DNA of 64,000 nt from assembly GCA_046313635.1 (NCBI GenBank), contig JBKBYA010000001.1, positions 863,481 through 927,480 on the forward strand. The letters run 5' to 3'. How positions within the stretch are numbered: the first letter of the stretch is position 1; each line of letters opens with the position of its first letter. The notes under the pieces were generated by a model. That model saw only the letters and a list, made by a program, of their open reading frames with translations, was not told where the DNA came from and made no database searches. Shown in pieces: positions 1-9,406 of the stretch. The translations under genes were made by a program, and so were the position numbers. The stretch is from Pyrinomonadaceae bacterium (lineage in GTDB: Bacteria; Acidobacteriota; Blastocatellia; Pyrinomonadales; Pyrinomonadaceae).

Positions 1-716
1 AAGATCTGCTGCAGCAGCCGACTCGCCGTGCCGAAGGCGCGGACATCGCGGCCGAGATCGGCCTTGGCGAGCGTCTGACCGTCACGTGATCTTGCCGGGT
101 CGACGATCACGATTTTATCGCCGCGGCGAATAGACTCGGCAAGCGAGCCGATCGACCGAACGGCCGAGCGGCGGATAAAATCGTTCGCCTCGTCCCGCCG
201 CGATCCCTGAAGGTAAAAATAAAGGTACCAGACCGATTTGATTCCGCCCGCCTGTCCCATCGCGACAGCCGCCGCGGCGCGGACCTCGGCGTCCTTGTCA
301 CGCTGCAGCACGGTCCTCAGAGCGCTCGCGACGCGGTCTTCGCCGTCGTCGCCGATCTCGCGGTCGGAGAGCTCGGCCGCCGCGCCGATCGCGTAGGCGG
401 CCTCTTTGCGAACGAAAGCGGACTTGTCGCTGAGCAGCGGGACCAGGGCCGCATGTGCCTCATCGGCCGGCAAGAATACGACCGATGCGGCCGCGGTCGC
501 GCGAACCGCTTCAATCGGATCGCGAAGCGCCGGCAGCGCCGCACGCGAGGCTTCGGCGGTGCGAAGGTTTCGGATAATTCGCAGAGCTTCACGCTTTTGT
601 TCGACGCTGCCGCCGCGGACCGTCTGCGCCAGCGACGACAGGTCCTGACCGGCGGCCGCATTTGCGAGGGCGAGCGCCAAAAATAAAAGGGAAGCACACC
701 GGAGCGTCAACGACAT
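1..716 (-). CDS. HEAT-repeat protein with signal peptide (runs off window start)
   Basis: Not in the ORF track. Manual translation from ATG 716 (GGAGGAG RBS upstream): MSLTLRCASLLFLALALANAAAG-QD..., with HEAT-like units LPALRDPIEAVRATAAASV, LVPLLSDKSAFVRKEAAYAIG and LQRDKDAEVRAAAAVAMG. Confidence 0.8.
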   Translation of the reverse strand, partial: MSLTLRCASLLFLALALANAAAGQDLSSLAQTVRGGSVEQKREALRIIRNLRTAEASRAALPALRDPIEAVRATAAASVVFLPADEAHAALVPLLSDKSAFVRKEAAYAIGAAAELSDREIGDDGEDRVASALRTVLQRDKDAEVRAAAAVAMGQAGGIKSVWYLYFYLQGSRRDEANDFIRRSAVRSIGSLAESIRRGDKIVIVDPARSRDGQTLAKADLGRDVRAFGTASRLLQQI

Positions 717-765
717 CGTGCTCCTCCGGCCTGCTCCCCGCACAAATAATTCTTCAAAACAAAGC

Positions 766-996
766 TTACACCGCGACATTTTGCCGGTACAGACGCTCCC
801 ATTCGACGACCTGCCGCGCCCGGCGGTTTTCGTACGCGTCCGAGAGCGACGCGATCAGATCGTCGTTGAAAACCGTGTCTCTGAATTGATTTTTTGAAGT
901 GGAGAATTGCGGCTGGTAGCTAAGGACGGCAGTGTCTTTATCGGTAAGCTTATCGATCTCGCGAGCGAGTTTAGTGTGGTTGGTTCGGTTGACCAT
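766..996 (-). CDS. small hypothetical protein (76 aa)
   Basis: Strong AAAAGGAGG RBS 7 nt before the ATG; co-oriented with the HEAT gene; no overlap with a better ORF. Confidence 0.65.
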   Translation of the reverse strand: MVNRTNHTKLAREIDKLTDKDTAVLSYQPQFSTSKNQFRDTVFNDDLIASLSDAYENRRARQVVEWERLYRQNVAV

Positions 997-1401
997 CTCG
1001 GTGCCTCCTTTTGTTCGGCAGAGCGGTCGCGTCGAAGAAACCCTCAGGTCAGGTACGGCGATCCGCCTGCGAAATCTGATGTTTGCTCATTAAGCTGTAT
1101 TTCGTTAAACACTCCTTAACTTACAGGTTCAGCCAGAATACCACGATACGCCGCAGGCCGCCAAGATGGTTAGACTTTCGGACAAAGAGCACCTAAGATG
1201 TGCTCCGTGCTCTATCGCATCGACCAAGCCCTCGCCCTTAGATAGCCACCCGCCGCGGACCAGCGTGTTCGGGCGAGCGTGGCGCCGCCCCAACAGCGTT
1301 TACCTCAAACAGTGATCCTACGGCACGGTAATTAGCCGGAATTCAGACGTTTCCGCTAAACTTACTTTTTCCCGGGCCGGTTCCGGCCGAGACAGTTTTC
1401 T

Positions 1402-4116
1402 ATGGACGAGAAGTACTTCGCAAAAAAGATCGAGCAGAAGTGGCAAAAGCGATGGGCCGAGAGCGGCGCATTTAACGCCGAGCGGGACGAAAGCCGGCCA
1501 AAGTTCTACGCGCTCGAGATGCTGCCTTACCCGTCAGGCAATCTTCATATGGGCCACGTGCGCAATTACTCGGCGGGCGACGCTCTGGCGTGGTACAAGC
1601 GGCTCAAGGGCTTTAACGTTCTGCACCCGATCGGGTGGGATTCGTTCGGCCAGCCGGCCGAGGACGCGGCCGTCAAACGCGGCGTCAACCCGCGCGACTG
1701 GACCGAGGCCAACATCGAAACGATGCGCGGCCAGCTCCAGCGGCTGGGCCTCAGCTACGACTGGCGGAGACAGATGTACGCGCACCGGCCGGAGTATTAC
1801 AAATTCGACCAGTGGTTCTTTTTGAAGATGTACGAGCGCGGCCTCGCCTACAAAAAGATGACGCAGGTCAACTGGTGCGAGACCGATCAGGCCACGCTCT
1901 CCAACGAGCAGGCGAGCGGCGGCATCTGCTGGCGGTGCGGCAATCCGGTCACGAAAAAGGACCTCGAACAGTGGTTCCTTAAGACGACCGCCTACGCCGA
2001 CCAGCTGCTCGACGATATGGCCGAGATCGAGGCCGGCTGGCCGCAGAACGTACTAAAGCGACAGCGTGACTGGATCGGCCGCAGCGAAGGGGCTTATGTC
2101 GACTTCAAGGTGCACGTGCCGGGCACGACGGGCGGCCTCGCGCCTAATTCGCCCGACGCCGAAAAGGTCCGCGTCTTCACGACCCGCATCGACACGATCT
2201 ACGGTGCGAATGCGGTCGTCGTCGCACCCGAACATCCGATAGTCGAGAAGTACATCGGTCAATTCTCGCCCGAGGTCGTCGCAAAGATCGACGCGATCAG
2301 GGCCGAAAAGCTCAAGCCCGTCGACCGCGACGAGGAGATCGAAAAGGACGGCATCGATACCGGCCTCAAGGCGGTCAATCCTTTCAGCCTCGAGCATCTG
2401 CCCGTGTGGGTCGGCAACTACGTGATGATGGAGTACGGCACCGGCGCCGTGATGTCGGTGCCGGCGCACGACGAGCGCGATTTTGAGTTTGCAAAGAAGT
2501 TTGGTCTGCCGATCCGCCAGGTCATCTCGGAGCCGCATCTTGCGCACGAGCATCATAGCGTCCAAGCTCTCGCGCTTGAAGCTCCGTTTACCGACCACGG
2601 CGTTCTCGTCCATTCCGATCACTGGAACGGCAAGACGAGCGAGCAGGCCCAACGCGAGATGACCGCGTACGCCGGGCAGCACGGATTTGGCGAGGCCGCG
2701 GTGACGTACCGTTTGCGGGATTGGGGCGTCTCGCGGCAGCGTTTCTGGGGCTCGCCGATCCCGATCGTTTACTGCGACAAATGCGGCGTCGTGCCGGAGA
2801 AGTACGAGAATCTACCCGTCCGCCTGCCCGACAACGCGCCGATCACCGGCACCGGCGAATCGCCGCTTGCAAAGGTAGCGGAGTTCGTCAATACGAATTG
2901 CCCCAACTGCGATGCTCCGGCCCGCCGCGAGACCGACACGATGGACACCTTTGTCGATTCGAGCTGGTACTACTACCGCTACACCGACGCCGGCAACGAG
3001 ACGATGCCCTTCGACCCCGCGGCGGCCGAATACTGGACGCCCGTCGACCAGTACATCGGCGGCGACGACCACGCGGTGATGCACCTGATCTACGCGCGGT
3101 TTTGGACCAAGGTGATGCGCGATCTCGGGCTTGTGAAGTTTGACGAGCCCTTCAAGCGTCTTCTGACGCAGGGAATGGTCGTCGGCGAGACCTTCTATGA
3201 CGACGGGTCGGGCAAGCGCGTCTATCACGCGCCCGACACCGTCACCGTCGAACGCGACGAAAAAGGCCGCATCAAGTCTGCCGTCTCGGCCGACGGTACG
3301 CCGCTCAAATTCGCCATCGAGCGAATGTCCAAATCCAAAGGCAACGGCGTCGATCCGGACGAGATGGTCGAGATCTACGGCGCCGACGCGGCCCGGCTTT
3401 TTGTGATGTTCGCCGCGCCGATCGAGAACGAACTGGTCTGGAACGAAGCCGGCATCGAGGGTGCCGTCCGCTTTCTGCAGCGCGTCTGGCGGCTCGCATA
3501 CAAATGGAAGGACGTACTCACGGCCGGCCCGCGCGAGGGAATGACCGCCGAACAGGACGCAGGGCTCAGCGACGGCCCGCTTGCCGGCAACAAGGACGCC
3601 GCGCGTGCGCGTCTGCTGCTGCAAAAAACACATCAGACGATCAAGCGCGTCGGCGAGAGCTTTGAATCTCTGCAATTCAACACGCCGGTCGCCGCGCTGA
3701 TGGAGCTGACAAATGCGATCTACGATTCAAAGATCGAGCCCGAGAGCGCCAACCGCCGCGAAAAGCTCGCCGTTCGAGAGTCGCTGACCGCACTGACCCT
3801 TATGCTGGCGCCGTTTGCCCCGCACATCGCAGAGGAACTTTATTCCGTGCTGATCGGCAACGACGACGGTATGCTCGCGAACGGTGCACGCTTTCCGGAG
3901 TACAGCGAAGAGATCGCCCGGGCCGACGAGATCGAGATCGCAGTCCAGGTCAACGGCAAGCTCCGTTCGCGGATCATGGCGGCCCCCGACGCTTCGAACG
4001 AGCAGCTCGAGGCGCTCGCCAAGGCCGACCCAAAGGTCGCCGAACACACCGCCGGCAAGCAGATCGTCAAGGTCATCGTCGTCCCCGGCCGGCTGGTGAA
4101 TGTCGTGATCAGGTAG
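1402..4116 (+). CDS. leuS: leucine--tRNA ligase
   Basis: MLPYPSGNLHMGH (HIGH motif), FTTRIDT and GTGAVMSVPAHDERD editing-domain motifs, RMSKSKGN (KMSKS motif), C-terminal VQVNGKLR...IVVPGRLVNVV. Confidence 0.98.
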   Translation: MDEKYFAKKIEQKWQKRWAESGAFNAERDESRPKFYALEMLPYPSGNLHMGHVRNYSAGDALAWYKRLKGFNVLHPIGWDSFGQPAEDAAVKRGVNPRDWTEANIETMRGQLQRLGLSYDWRRQMYAHRPEYYKFDQWFFLKMYERGLAYKKMTQVNWCETDQATLSNEQASGGICWRCGNPVTKKDLEQWFLKTTAYADQLLDDMAEIEAGWPQNVLKRQRDWIGRSEGAYVDFKVHVPGTTGGLAPNSPDAEKVRVFTTRIDTIYGANAVVVAPEHPIVEKYIGQFSPEVVAKIDAIRAEKLKPVDRDEEIEKDGIDTGLKAVNPFSLEHLPVWVGNYVMMEYGTGAVMSVPAHDERDFEFAKKFGLPIRQVISEPHLAHEHHSVQALALEAPFTDHGVLVHSDHWNGKTSEQAQREMTAYAGQHGFGEAAVTYRLRDWGVSRQRFWGSPIPIVYCDKCGVVPEKYENLPVRLPDNAPITGTGESPLAKVAEFVNTNCPNCDAPARRETDTMDTFVDSSWYYYRYTDAGNETMPFDPAAAEYWTPVDQYIGGDDHAVMHLIYARFWTKVMRDLGLVKFDEPFKRLLTQGMVVGETFYDDGSGKRVYHAPDTVTVERDEKGRIKSAVSADGTPLKFAIERMSKSKGNGVDPDEMVEIYGADAARLFVMFAAPIENELVWNEAGIEGAVRFLQRVWRLAYKWKDVLTAGPREGMTAEQDAGLSDGPLAGNKDAARARLLLQKTHQTIKRVGESFESLQFNTPVAALMELTNAIYDSKIEPESANRREKLAVRESLTALTLMLAPFAPHIAEELYSVLIGNDDGMLANGARFPEYSEEIARADEIEIAVQVNGKLRSRIMAAPDASNEQLEALAKADPKVAEHTAGKQIVKVIVVPGRLVNVVIR

Positions 4117-4140
4117 CTCGCCGAACGAGCTAATCCGGAG

Positions 4141-4177
4141 CGAGAGGCCCGTCGCAGGATCGGGCCTTTCGCCTTTT
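4141..4177 (+). terminator. probable intrinsic terminator after leuS
   Basis: CGAGAGGCCCG / CGGGCCTTTCG stem followed by CCTTTT. Confidence 0.55.
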
Positions 4178-4348
4178 GCAACGGGTTGCGGACCGGCAAG
4201 GGCGACGCCCGGGGGCGCCGAATTTCGGGTGTTGACCTGCGTGCTATGATTATTCAACTCAAACAAAGTTCATGAGCGGCGAACCACACGTTTTGGGATC
4301 GCCGCAGATCTCGCAGGCGTCGATCCGCTGCTTTAGGGGGCCGAAATT

Positions 4349-5446
4349 ATGAGTTGGTTCAAGACCGTTACGGGTCTGTTGGTTTTTTGTGCAGGGTTGC
4401 TGCCGGTCTTCGCGCAGACGGGCGGGAATTTTGCGATCACCAGATCGGTCATCGCCGGCGGCGGCGGCCGCAGCGCGGGCGGCACGTTCTCGGTGGACTC
4501 GACGATCGGTCAATCGATCGCGGGCACGACCTCGACGGGCGGCTCGTTCTCGATCACATCGGGATTCTGGGCCGGCGGCGGCATTGCCTCGTCGGCGCGG
4601 CGGTCGGCGTTCGATTTTGACGGCGACGGCAAGGCGGACGTATCTGTCTTCAGGCCCGGCTCGAGTGCCCAGTGGTGGTGGATCAACTCCGGAACGGGTG
4701 TCGCCGTGGGCAGCTCTTTTGGGACCACCGGCGACATTCCTGTGCCCGCCGACTACACGGGCGACGGCAAGACCGACATGGCATTCTTCAGGCCGGGCAA
4801 TGCAAACTGGTACATCGTCAGAAGCGAGAACAATTCGTTCTTCGCTTTCCCGTTCGGGCTCGCGAGCGACGTGCAGGTGCCGGCCGATTATGACGGCGAC
4901 GGCAAGGCCGACCCGGCCGTTTTCCGCAGCGGGACGTGGTTCATCCTGAAGAGCTCCGACGGTCAGGTACAGACCTCGACATTCGGCCAGGCCGGCGATA
5001 GGCCGATCCCGGTCGACTTTGACGGCGACGGCAAGGCGGATCTCGCGATCTTCCGCAATGCGGGAGGCGTCGGGCAGTTCTGGGTCCTGCGATCGACCGC
5101 TGGCCTGATCGCCGCGCAGTTCGGCAACGGAACCGACGCGGCCATTCCGGCTGACTTTACCGGCGACGGCAAGGCCGACATGGCCATATATCGCGACGGC
5201 GGCGCGCCGACCAACTGGTTCGTTCTCAGGAGCGACGACAACTTTGCGAGCTTCTTTGCGTTCCCGTTCGGCGTCGCGGGCGATAAGCCCGCACTCGGCG
5301 ACTTTGACGGCGACGGCAAGGTCGATCCTTCGGTCTTCAGGCCGTCAAGCGCAACGTGGTTCATCAGTAAGACGACCGGCGGTGTGGATACGATCCCGTT
5401 CGGCATTGCGGGTGATGTTGCGCTGCCGAACGTGTACGTGCGGTAG
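4349..5446 (+). CDS. secreted FG-GAP/VCBS repeat beta-propeller protein
   Basis: Signal peptide and six D(F/Y)(D/T)GDGKxD repeats. Confidence 0.92.
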   Translation: MSWFKTVTGLLVFCAGLLPVFAQTGGNFAITRSVIAGGGGRSAGGTFSVDSTIGQSIAGTTSTGGSFSITSGFWAGGGIASSARRSAFDFDGDGKADVSVFRPGSSAQWWWINSGTGVAVGSSFGTTGDIPVPADYTGDGKTDMAFFRPGNANWYIVRSENNSFFAFPFGLASDVQVPADYDGDGKADPAVFRSGTWFILKSSDGQVQTSTFGQAGDRPIPVDFDGDGKADLAIFRNAGGVGQFWVLRSTAGLIAAQFGNGTDAAIPADFTGDGKADMAIYRDGGAPTNWFVLRSDDNFASFFAFPFGVAGDKPALGDFDGDGKVDPSVFRPSSATWFISKTTGGVDTIPFGIAGDVALPNVYVR

Positions 5447-5475
5447 CTGAAGCACGGCGATCTGCGAGTTACTGC

Positions 5476-5510
5476 AAGAGGCGGCCTGAGGGCGGCCTCT
5501 TTTTTATTTT
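5476..5510 (+). terminator. intrinsic terminator
   Basis: AAGAGGC...GCCTCTT stem followed by a T-run. Confidence 0.6.
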
Positions 5511-5685
5511 GAATTGCCGTTTGTCGTCGTCTCCCGCGACATACAATATCGGCGACCGGATCGCCTATTTGGAATATGTACTGACTTTCCCGGTTAGCGC
5601 TCAGGGAGCTCGCCGCCTTCTCATCGGAGTCGTAAACTCAATAATCGCATACAGATAATCCTCGGATGCCAAGATCGATACCAGC

Positions 5686-5700
5686 TGGCACGTCCGTTGC
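5686..5700 (+). promoter_or_regulatory. sigma-54 (-24/-12) promoter motif
   Basis: TGGCACGTCCGTTGC fits TGGCAC-N5-TTGC with exact GG-N10-GC spacing, 59 nt upstream of the 5760 ORF. Confidence 0.65.
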
Positions 5701-5759
5701 CAGTTACCCTCCGGCGGAAGTAGTTCCGTAGTTTATTTCGGCAAGAAGGGAGTAAAGAT

Positions 5760-6350
5760 ATGAAACGCACTTCAAGATATTTTGCAGCGGCAGCCTTCGG
5801 ATTAGTGCTGCTTGCTCTGCCGTCGGTCGCATCGGCGCAGTGGCGCGACCGTGATCGCGACGACGACTATTACGGCAACGGCCGTTACGGCTACGGACGC
5901 AACATCCGGGGGACGATCGAGAGCCTTCGCAACCGGGCAAGAAACTTTGAGCGTCAGGTCGACCGCGTCGACGATCGCCGAGACGACCGTCAGGACGATC
6001 GCTGGGGCCGCAATCGCGGCGACCGGTACGACAATCTCGACGTCCTTGCTCAACGCTTCAGGCGCGCGACCGAGGACCTGCGAAAGGAGTACGGCAACGG
6101 CCGTAATCTGAACAATAGCCGCGACGAGGCGCAGCGTGTGCTCGACCTCGGTTCGCAGATCGAATATGTCATCGGTAGCTCGCGCGGCGGGCGGCGCGGC
6201 AGCGGCGGCTATATCCAGAATGAGTGGTACCAGATCAGCTCCGATCTGCGGATCATCGCCGACGTTTACGGTTACAACTACCAGAATCGCGGCGGCTACA
6301 ACCGCAACGGAAGCTGGCGTAACCGGGTGCCTTTTCCGCTCCCGTTCTAA
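5760..6350 (+). CDS. secreted Arg/Asp/Gly-rich hypothetical protein
   Basis: AAGGGAG RBS, signal peptide ending ASA-Q, helical core with low-complexity RD/GR segments. Confidence 0.8.
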   Translation: MKRTSRYFAAAAFGLVLLALPSVASAQWRDRDRDDDYYGNGRYGYGRNIRGTIESLRNRARNFERQVDRVDDRRDDRQDDRWGRNRGDRYDNLDVLAQRFRRATEDLRKEYGNGRNLNNSRDEAQRVLDLGSQIEYVIGSSRGGRRGSGGYIQNEWYQISSDLRIIADVYGYNYQNRGGYNRNGSWRNRVPFPLPF

Positions 6351-6376
6351 GACAGACCACGATCGACTGGCAAAGG

Positions 6377-6409
6377 GCCCGGACGACAGCGTCCGGGCAT
6401 TTTTGTTTT
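6377..6409 (+). terminator. intrinsic terminator
   Basis: GCCCGGACG-ACAG-CGTCCGGGC followed by ATTTTTGTTTT. Confidence 0.75.
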
Positions 6410-6455
6410 GAGCTTCAGATGATTTCGCCGAATAATAGCTTGTTCGTCAGAACCT

Positions 6456-7307
6456 ATGAAGGGAAAGCTCTATCTCGTCGCGACGCCGATCGGCAACCTC
6501 GGCGACATCAGTCTTCGGGCACTTGAGACCCTCCGCATCGCCGACGTTGTCGCCTGCGAGGACACCCGACATTCGCAAAAGCTCTTTAACCACCACGGCC
6601 TGACCGGTCGTCTGGTCAGCTACCACGAGCACAACGAGGCCGCCCGTGCGGCGGAGCTGGTCGCGCGAATGACGAGCGGCGAGTCGGTCGCGCTGATCTC
6701 CGACGCCGGTACGCCCGCGATCAGCGATCCGGGTTTCAGGCTTGTGCGGCAGGCGATCGAGGCCGGTATCGACATCGTGCCCGTGCCGGGGCCGGCCGCC
6801 TTTGTCGCGGCGGCGATAGCGTCGGGACTCCCGACCGATTCGCTCTTTTTCGGAGGCTTTTTGCCGGCTCGTTCGGGCGAGAGAAAGCGCCGCTTGCGGG
6901 AATGCGCTGCCATCCCCGCGACGCTTATTTTCTACGAGGCTCCGCACCGGCTGGCCGCGGCACTCGCCGACTGTGCGGCCGAATTGGGGCCGAGGCCGGC
7001 CGCAGTCGTGCGCGAGCTGACCAAACTCCACGAAGAGATCCTGCGCGGCGATCTAGCGCAGCTTGCCGCCGCAGCTGCCGGCAAGGGGTTGAAGGGCGAG
7101 ATCGTGATCGTGATCGATCGAGGCGTGCCGCCAAATGCCGCCGCGATCGGCGAAGCATCGATCGCAAGCCTTGTCGCCGGCTACGAAAAAAGCGGTCTCG
7201 ACCGCCGTGATGCGCTGAAGCACGCGGCTCGCGATCTCGGGCTCTCGCGATCGGAGGCATACCGGAGGCTGCATAGCGAAAGAATTTTTGAAAGTAGCGG
7301 CGATTGA
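6456..7307 (+). CDS. rsmI: 16S rRNA (cytidine-1402-2'-O)-methyltransferase
   Basis: LYLVATPIGNLGDIS, ACEDTR, SDAGTPAISDPG, FYEAPHR, RELTKLHEE. Confidence 0.96.
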   Translation: MKGKLYLVATPIGNLGDISLRALETLRIADVVACEDTRHSQKLFNHHGLTGRLVSYHEHNEAARAAELVARMTSGESVALISDAGTPAISDPGFRLVRQAIEAGIDIVPVPGPAAFVAAAIASGLPTDSLFFGGFLPARSGERKRRLRECAAIPATLIFYEAPHRLAAALADCAAELGPRPAAVVRELTKLHEEILRGDLAQLAAAAAGKGLKGEIVIVIDRGVPPNAAAIGEASIASLVAGYEKSGLDRRDALKHAARDLGLSRSEAYRRLHSERIFESSGD

Positions 7308-7354
7308 GAGTTTTTGCAGGTATACTTTCTGTTCCGTACGGGGAGTCTGCCGTG

Positions 7355-8497
7355 ATGACCGCAAAAACAATATCGATAGCCGCAATCCTCCTGATCCTTG
7401 CTGCATCGGTGCGCGTCTTTGGCGAGACGTCCGAGCGCGAACAGCCGTCGCGCTTTGCCGTCACGCTGCTGACATTGTTCCGAGACAGCGATGAGGTCTT
7501 TGTCGCGACCTTCGATAAGGTCGACGACGAGACGCTGGTCGCAGTCGAGACAAACTTCACGGTCGCAAGGGTGACGAGCCGCTTTACGGTCATTTCGACT
7601 CTCAAGGGCGAGCCGCGGAAGCTGCTCGATCTGCAGGACGAGACGTTTCGATACCGCCTGTCACCCGAGGCTCCAGAAACAACTTTTATCAAGGACCAGC
7701 ATTCGTTTGACCCGTCGGCTGCGGCGCGGCCGGGCGACAAGGTCCTGTTGTTCCTGCGACGCGATCCGAAGGACGGATCGCTCAGCTTGCTCGACTCGCG
7801 CGACGGCATCAAGCGGCTGGCCGCCGATGACGAGGCCGACTTTTTGGATCGCATAACCGAGCTGGGAAAGATCTTGGCGGGCCCGAAGGTCGAAGCCTCG
7901 ATCGTCGCGGAGTGGCTCGTCCGATGCGTCGAGCGACCGGCGACCCGATGGGAAGGCGCGTTTGAACTCGAGCGCGGATTTCGCCTGCTTGAACAGCAGG
8001 AGCGGCAGGCCAAAGCGATCGAGGCGGCGGCAGCGCCTCGCGCGGCCGAAAGCACTGAATTGAAGACCTCGAATATCGACATGGCGGCCGTCGCCTCGGC
8101 CTTGAGCGAGAAGCAAAAGGAGAGGCTGACCAACGCGCTTCTGACCGCGGACGGCTTTGATCCCGCATCGACGGGCAAGCTCAGCCTCGGCGATCTCCAG
8201 CTCATAAAACTCGTTCGCCGCTGGGGCGGCCGCGATATCGCGCTCAGCGTGGTGCAGCGGCTTAAGTACCGGTCGGCGATCGGAGCCGACGATATCTACC
8301 TGATGACGGTCGTCGCCGAGCTTATCGGCGACCGGGCCGCACTCGAGCAGGCCCGCACCATCGCCCGGCTTACGAGCGAAAGGAATGCCGACCCCGCAGC
8401 GTCGACCTCGGCCGACCCGCGTCATTCGATCCTGGTCAGCTTCGTCGGCCGCATTGAGCGAGCCGTCACGCTAAAGCCCGGCGAGAACGCGAAGTGA
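7355..8497 (+). CDS. exported hypothetical protein
   Basis: Long ORF; the ATG at 7355 follows GGGGAG and gives a signal-peptide-like N-terminus. No family recognised. Confidence 0.7.
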   Translation: MTAKTISIAAILLILAASVRVFGETSEREQPSRFAVTLLTLFRDSDEVFVATFDKVDDETLVAVETNFTVARVTSRFTVISTLKGEPRKLLDLQDETFRYRLSPEAPETTFIKDQHSFDPSAAARPGDKVLLFLRRDPKDGSLSLLDSRDGIKRLAADDEADFLDRITELGKILAGPKVEASIVAEWLVRCVERPATRWEGAFELERGFRLLEQQERQAKAIEAAAAPRAAESTELKTSNIDMAAVASALSEKQKERLTNALLTADGFDPASTGKLSLGDLQLIKLVRRWGGRDIALSVVQRLKYRSAIGADDIYLMTVVAELIGDRAALEQARTIARLTSERNADPAASTSADPRHSILVSFVGRIERAVTLKPGENAK

Positions 8498-8691
8498 CCT
8501 CCCGATCCGAACTCTCCCTCTGTCTGCTGACGCGCCTTTATTAGCAACCTGCATCGACCTGCGAGCCATCCGAACTAGCGGATCCGAGTGATCCATATGC
8601 CTGACAGATTTCGCGTTACCAAATTTGTTGGGCGTTTTGCTTTTTAAAGCAAAGACCAAGTAAGTACGGACAAAAGGGAGTATTTGTAATT

Positions 8692-9354
8692 ATGAAAAAT
8701 CTTGTGTTAGCCGTTGGGCTGTTGGTTTTTTCGGCGTTCGCCGCGACCGCCCAGACGACGACGGCGGACGATCATAAGAAGGGCGAGTTCTACGTCGGTT
8801 ACTCGAATGGACAGGTCGATACGGGCCTGGACTCGGGTAACAGCGTGAGCTCATTCTTTCGTGATCGGAAGAATTTTAACGGCGTGAACGTCTCTGGCGT
8901 TTACAACCTCAATCGCTACTTTGGACTCAAGGGCGACGTTTCGGCGACCTTTAACGGCACGACGTTCTCGAGCAGTTATACAAATCCGACGACCGGCACT
9001 ACTTCGCGCGCTTCGTTCGACACCTCGAACCAGCTCTGGAATTTCGTCGGCGGCGTTCAAGTCAAGGACAACGCCAAGTCGGGCACGTTCAAGCCCTTTG
9101 CTCACGCGATGGTCGGAGCCGGTCACGCGCGTACAAAGGTGAAGGACGTCGTCTGCACGCCATCGACGACACTTTGCCCGATCGTTCCGGGGACGTTCTC
9201 CGACACCGGACTGTCAGGCGTTTTTGGCGGCGGCCTCGACTTTAGGGTCAGCGACCGCTTTCAGATCAGGGCCATTCAGGTCGACTACAACCCGATCCGA
9301 TTCGACGGCCAGACCGATCACAACCTACGCATCGGCGCCGGTATCGTGTTCTAA
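8692..9354 (+). CDS. outer-membrane beta-barrel protein (8-stranded, OmpA/OmpW-like)
   Basis: Signal peptide, alternating beta-strand pattern, C-terminal GAGIVF BAM signal. Confidence 0.88.
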   Translation: MKNLVLAVGLLVFSAFAATAQTTTADDHKKGEFYVGYSNGQVDTGLDSGNSVSSFFRDRKNFNGVNVSGVYNLNRYFGLKGDVSATFNGTTFSSSYTNPTTGTTSRASFDTSNQLWNFVGGVQVKDNAKSGTFKPFAHAMVGAGHARTKVKDVVCTPSTTLCPIVPGTFSDTGLSGVFGGGLDFRVSDRFQIRAIQVDYNPIRFDGQTDHNLRIGAGIVF

Positions 9355-9372
9355 GCCGGACCGAAGCAAGAC

Positions 9373-9403
9373 AAAAAAGGGAGCCGCGATGGCTCCCTTT
9401 TTT
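9373..9403. terminator. bidirectional intrinsic terminator
   Basis: AAAAAAGGGAGCC-GCGAT-GGCTCCCTTTTTT between convergent genes. Confidence 0.85.
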
Positions 9404-9406
9404 GGT

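Noticed and set aside
1044..1112. 22-codon upstream ORF (GTG, minus strand) or leader RNA before the 76-aa gene
   Set aside because: The AAGGA sequence abuts the start with no spacing; no recognisable riboswitch or attenuator structure.
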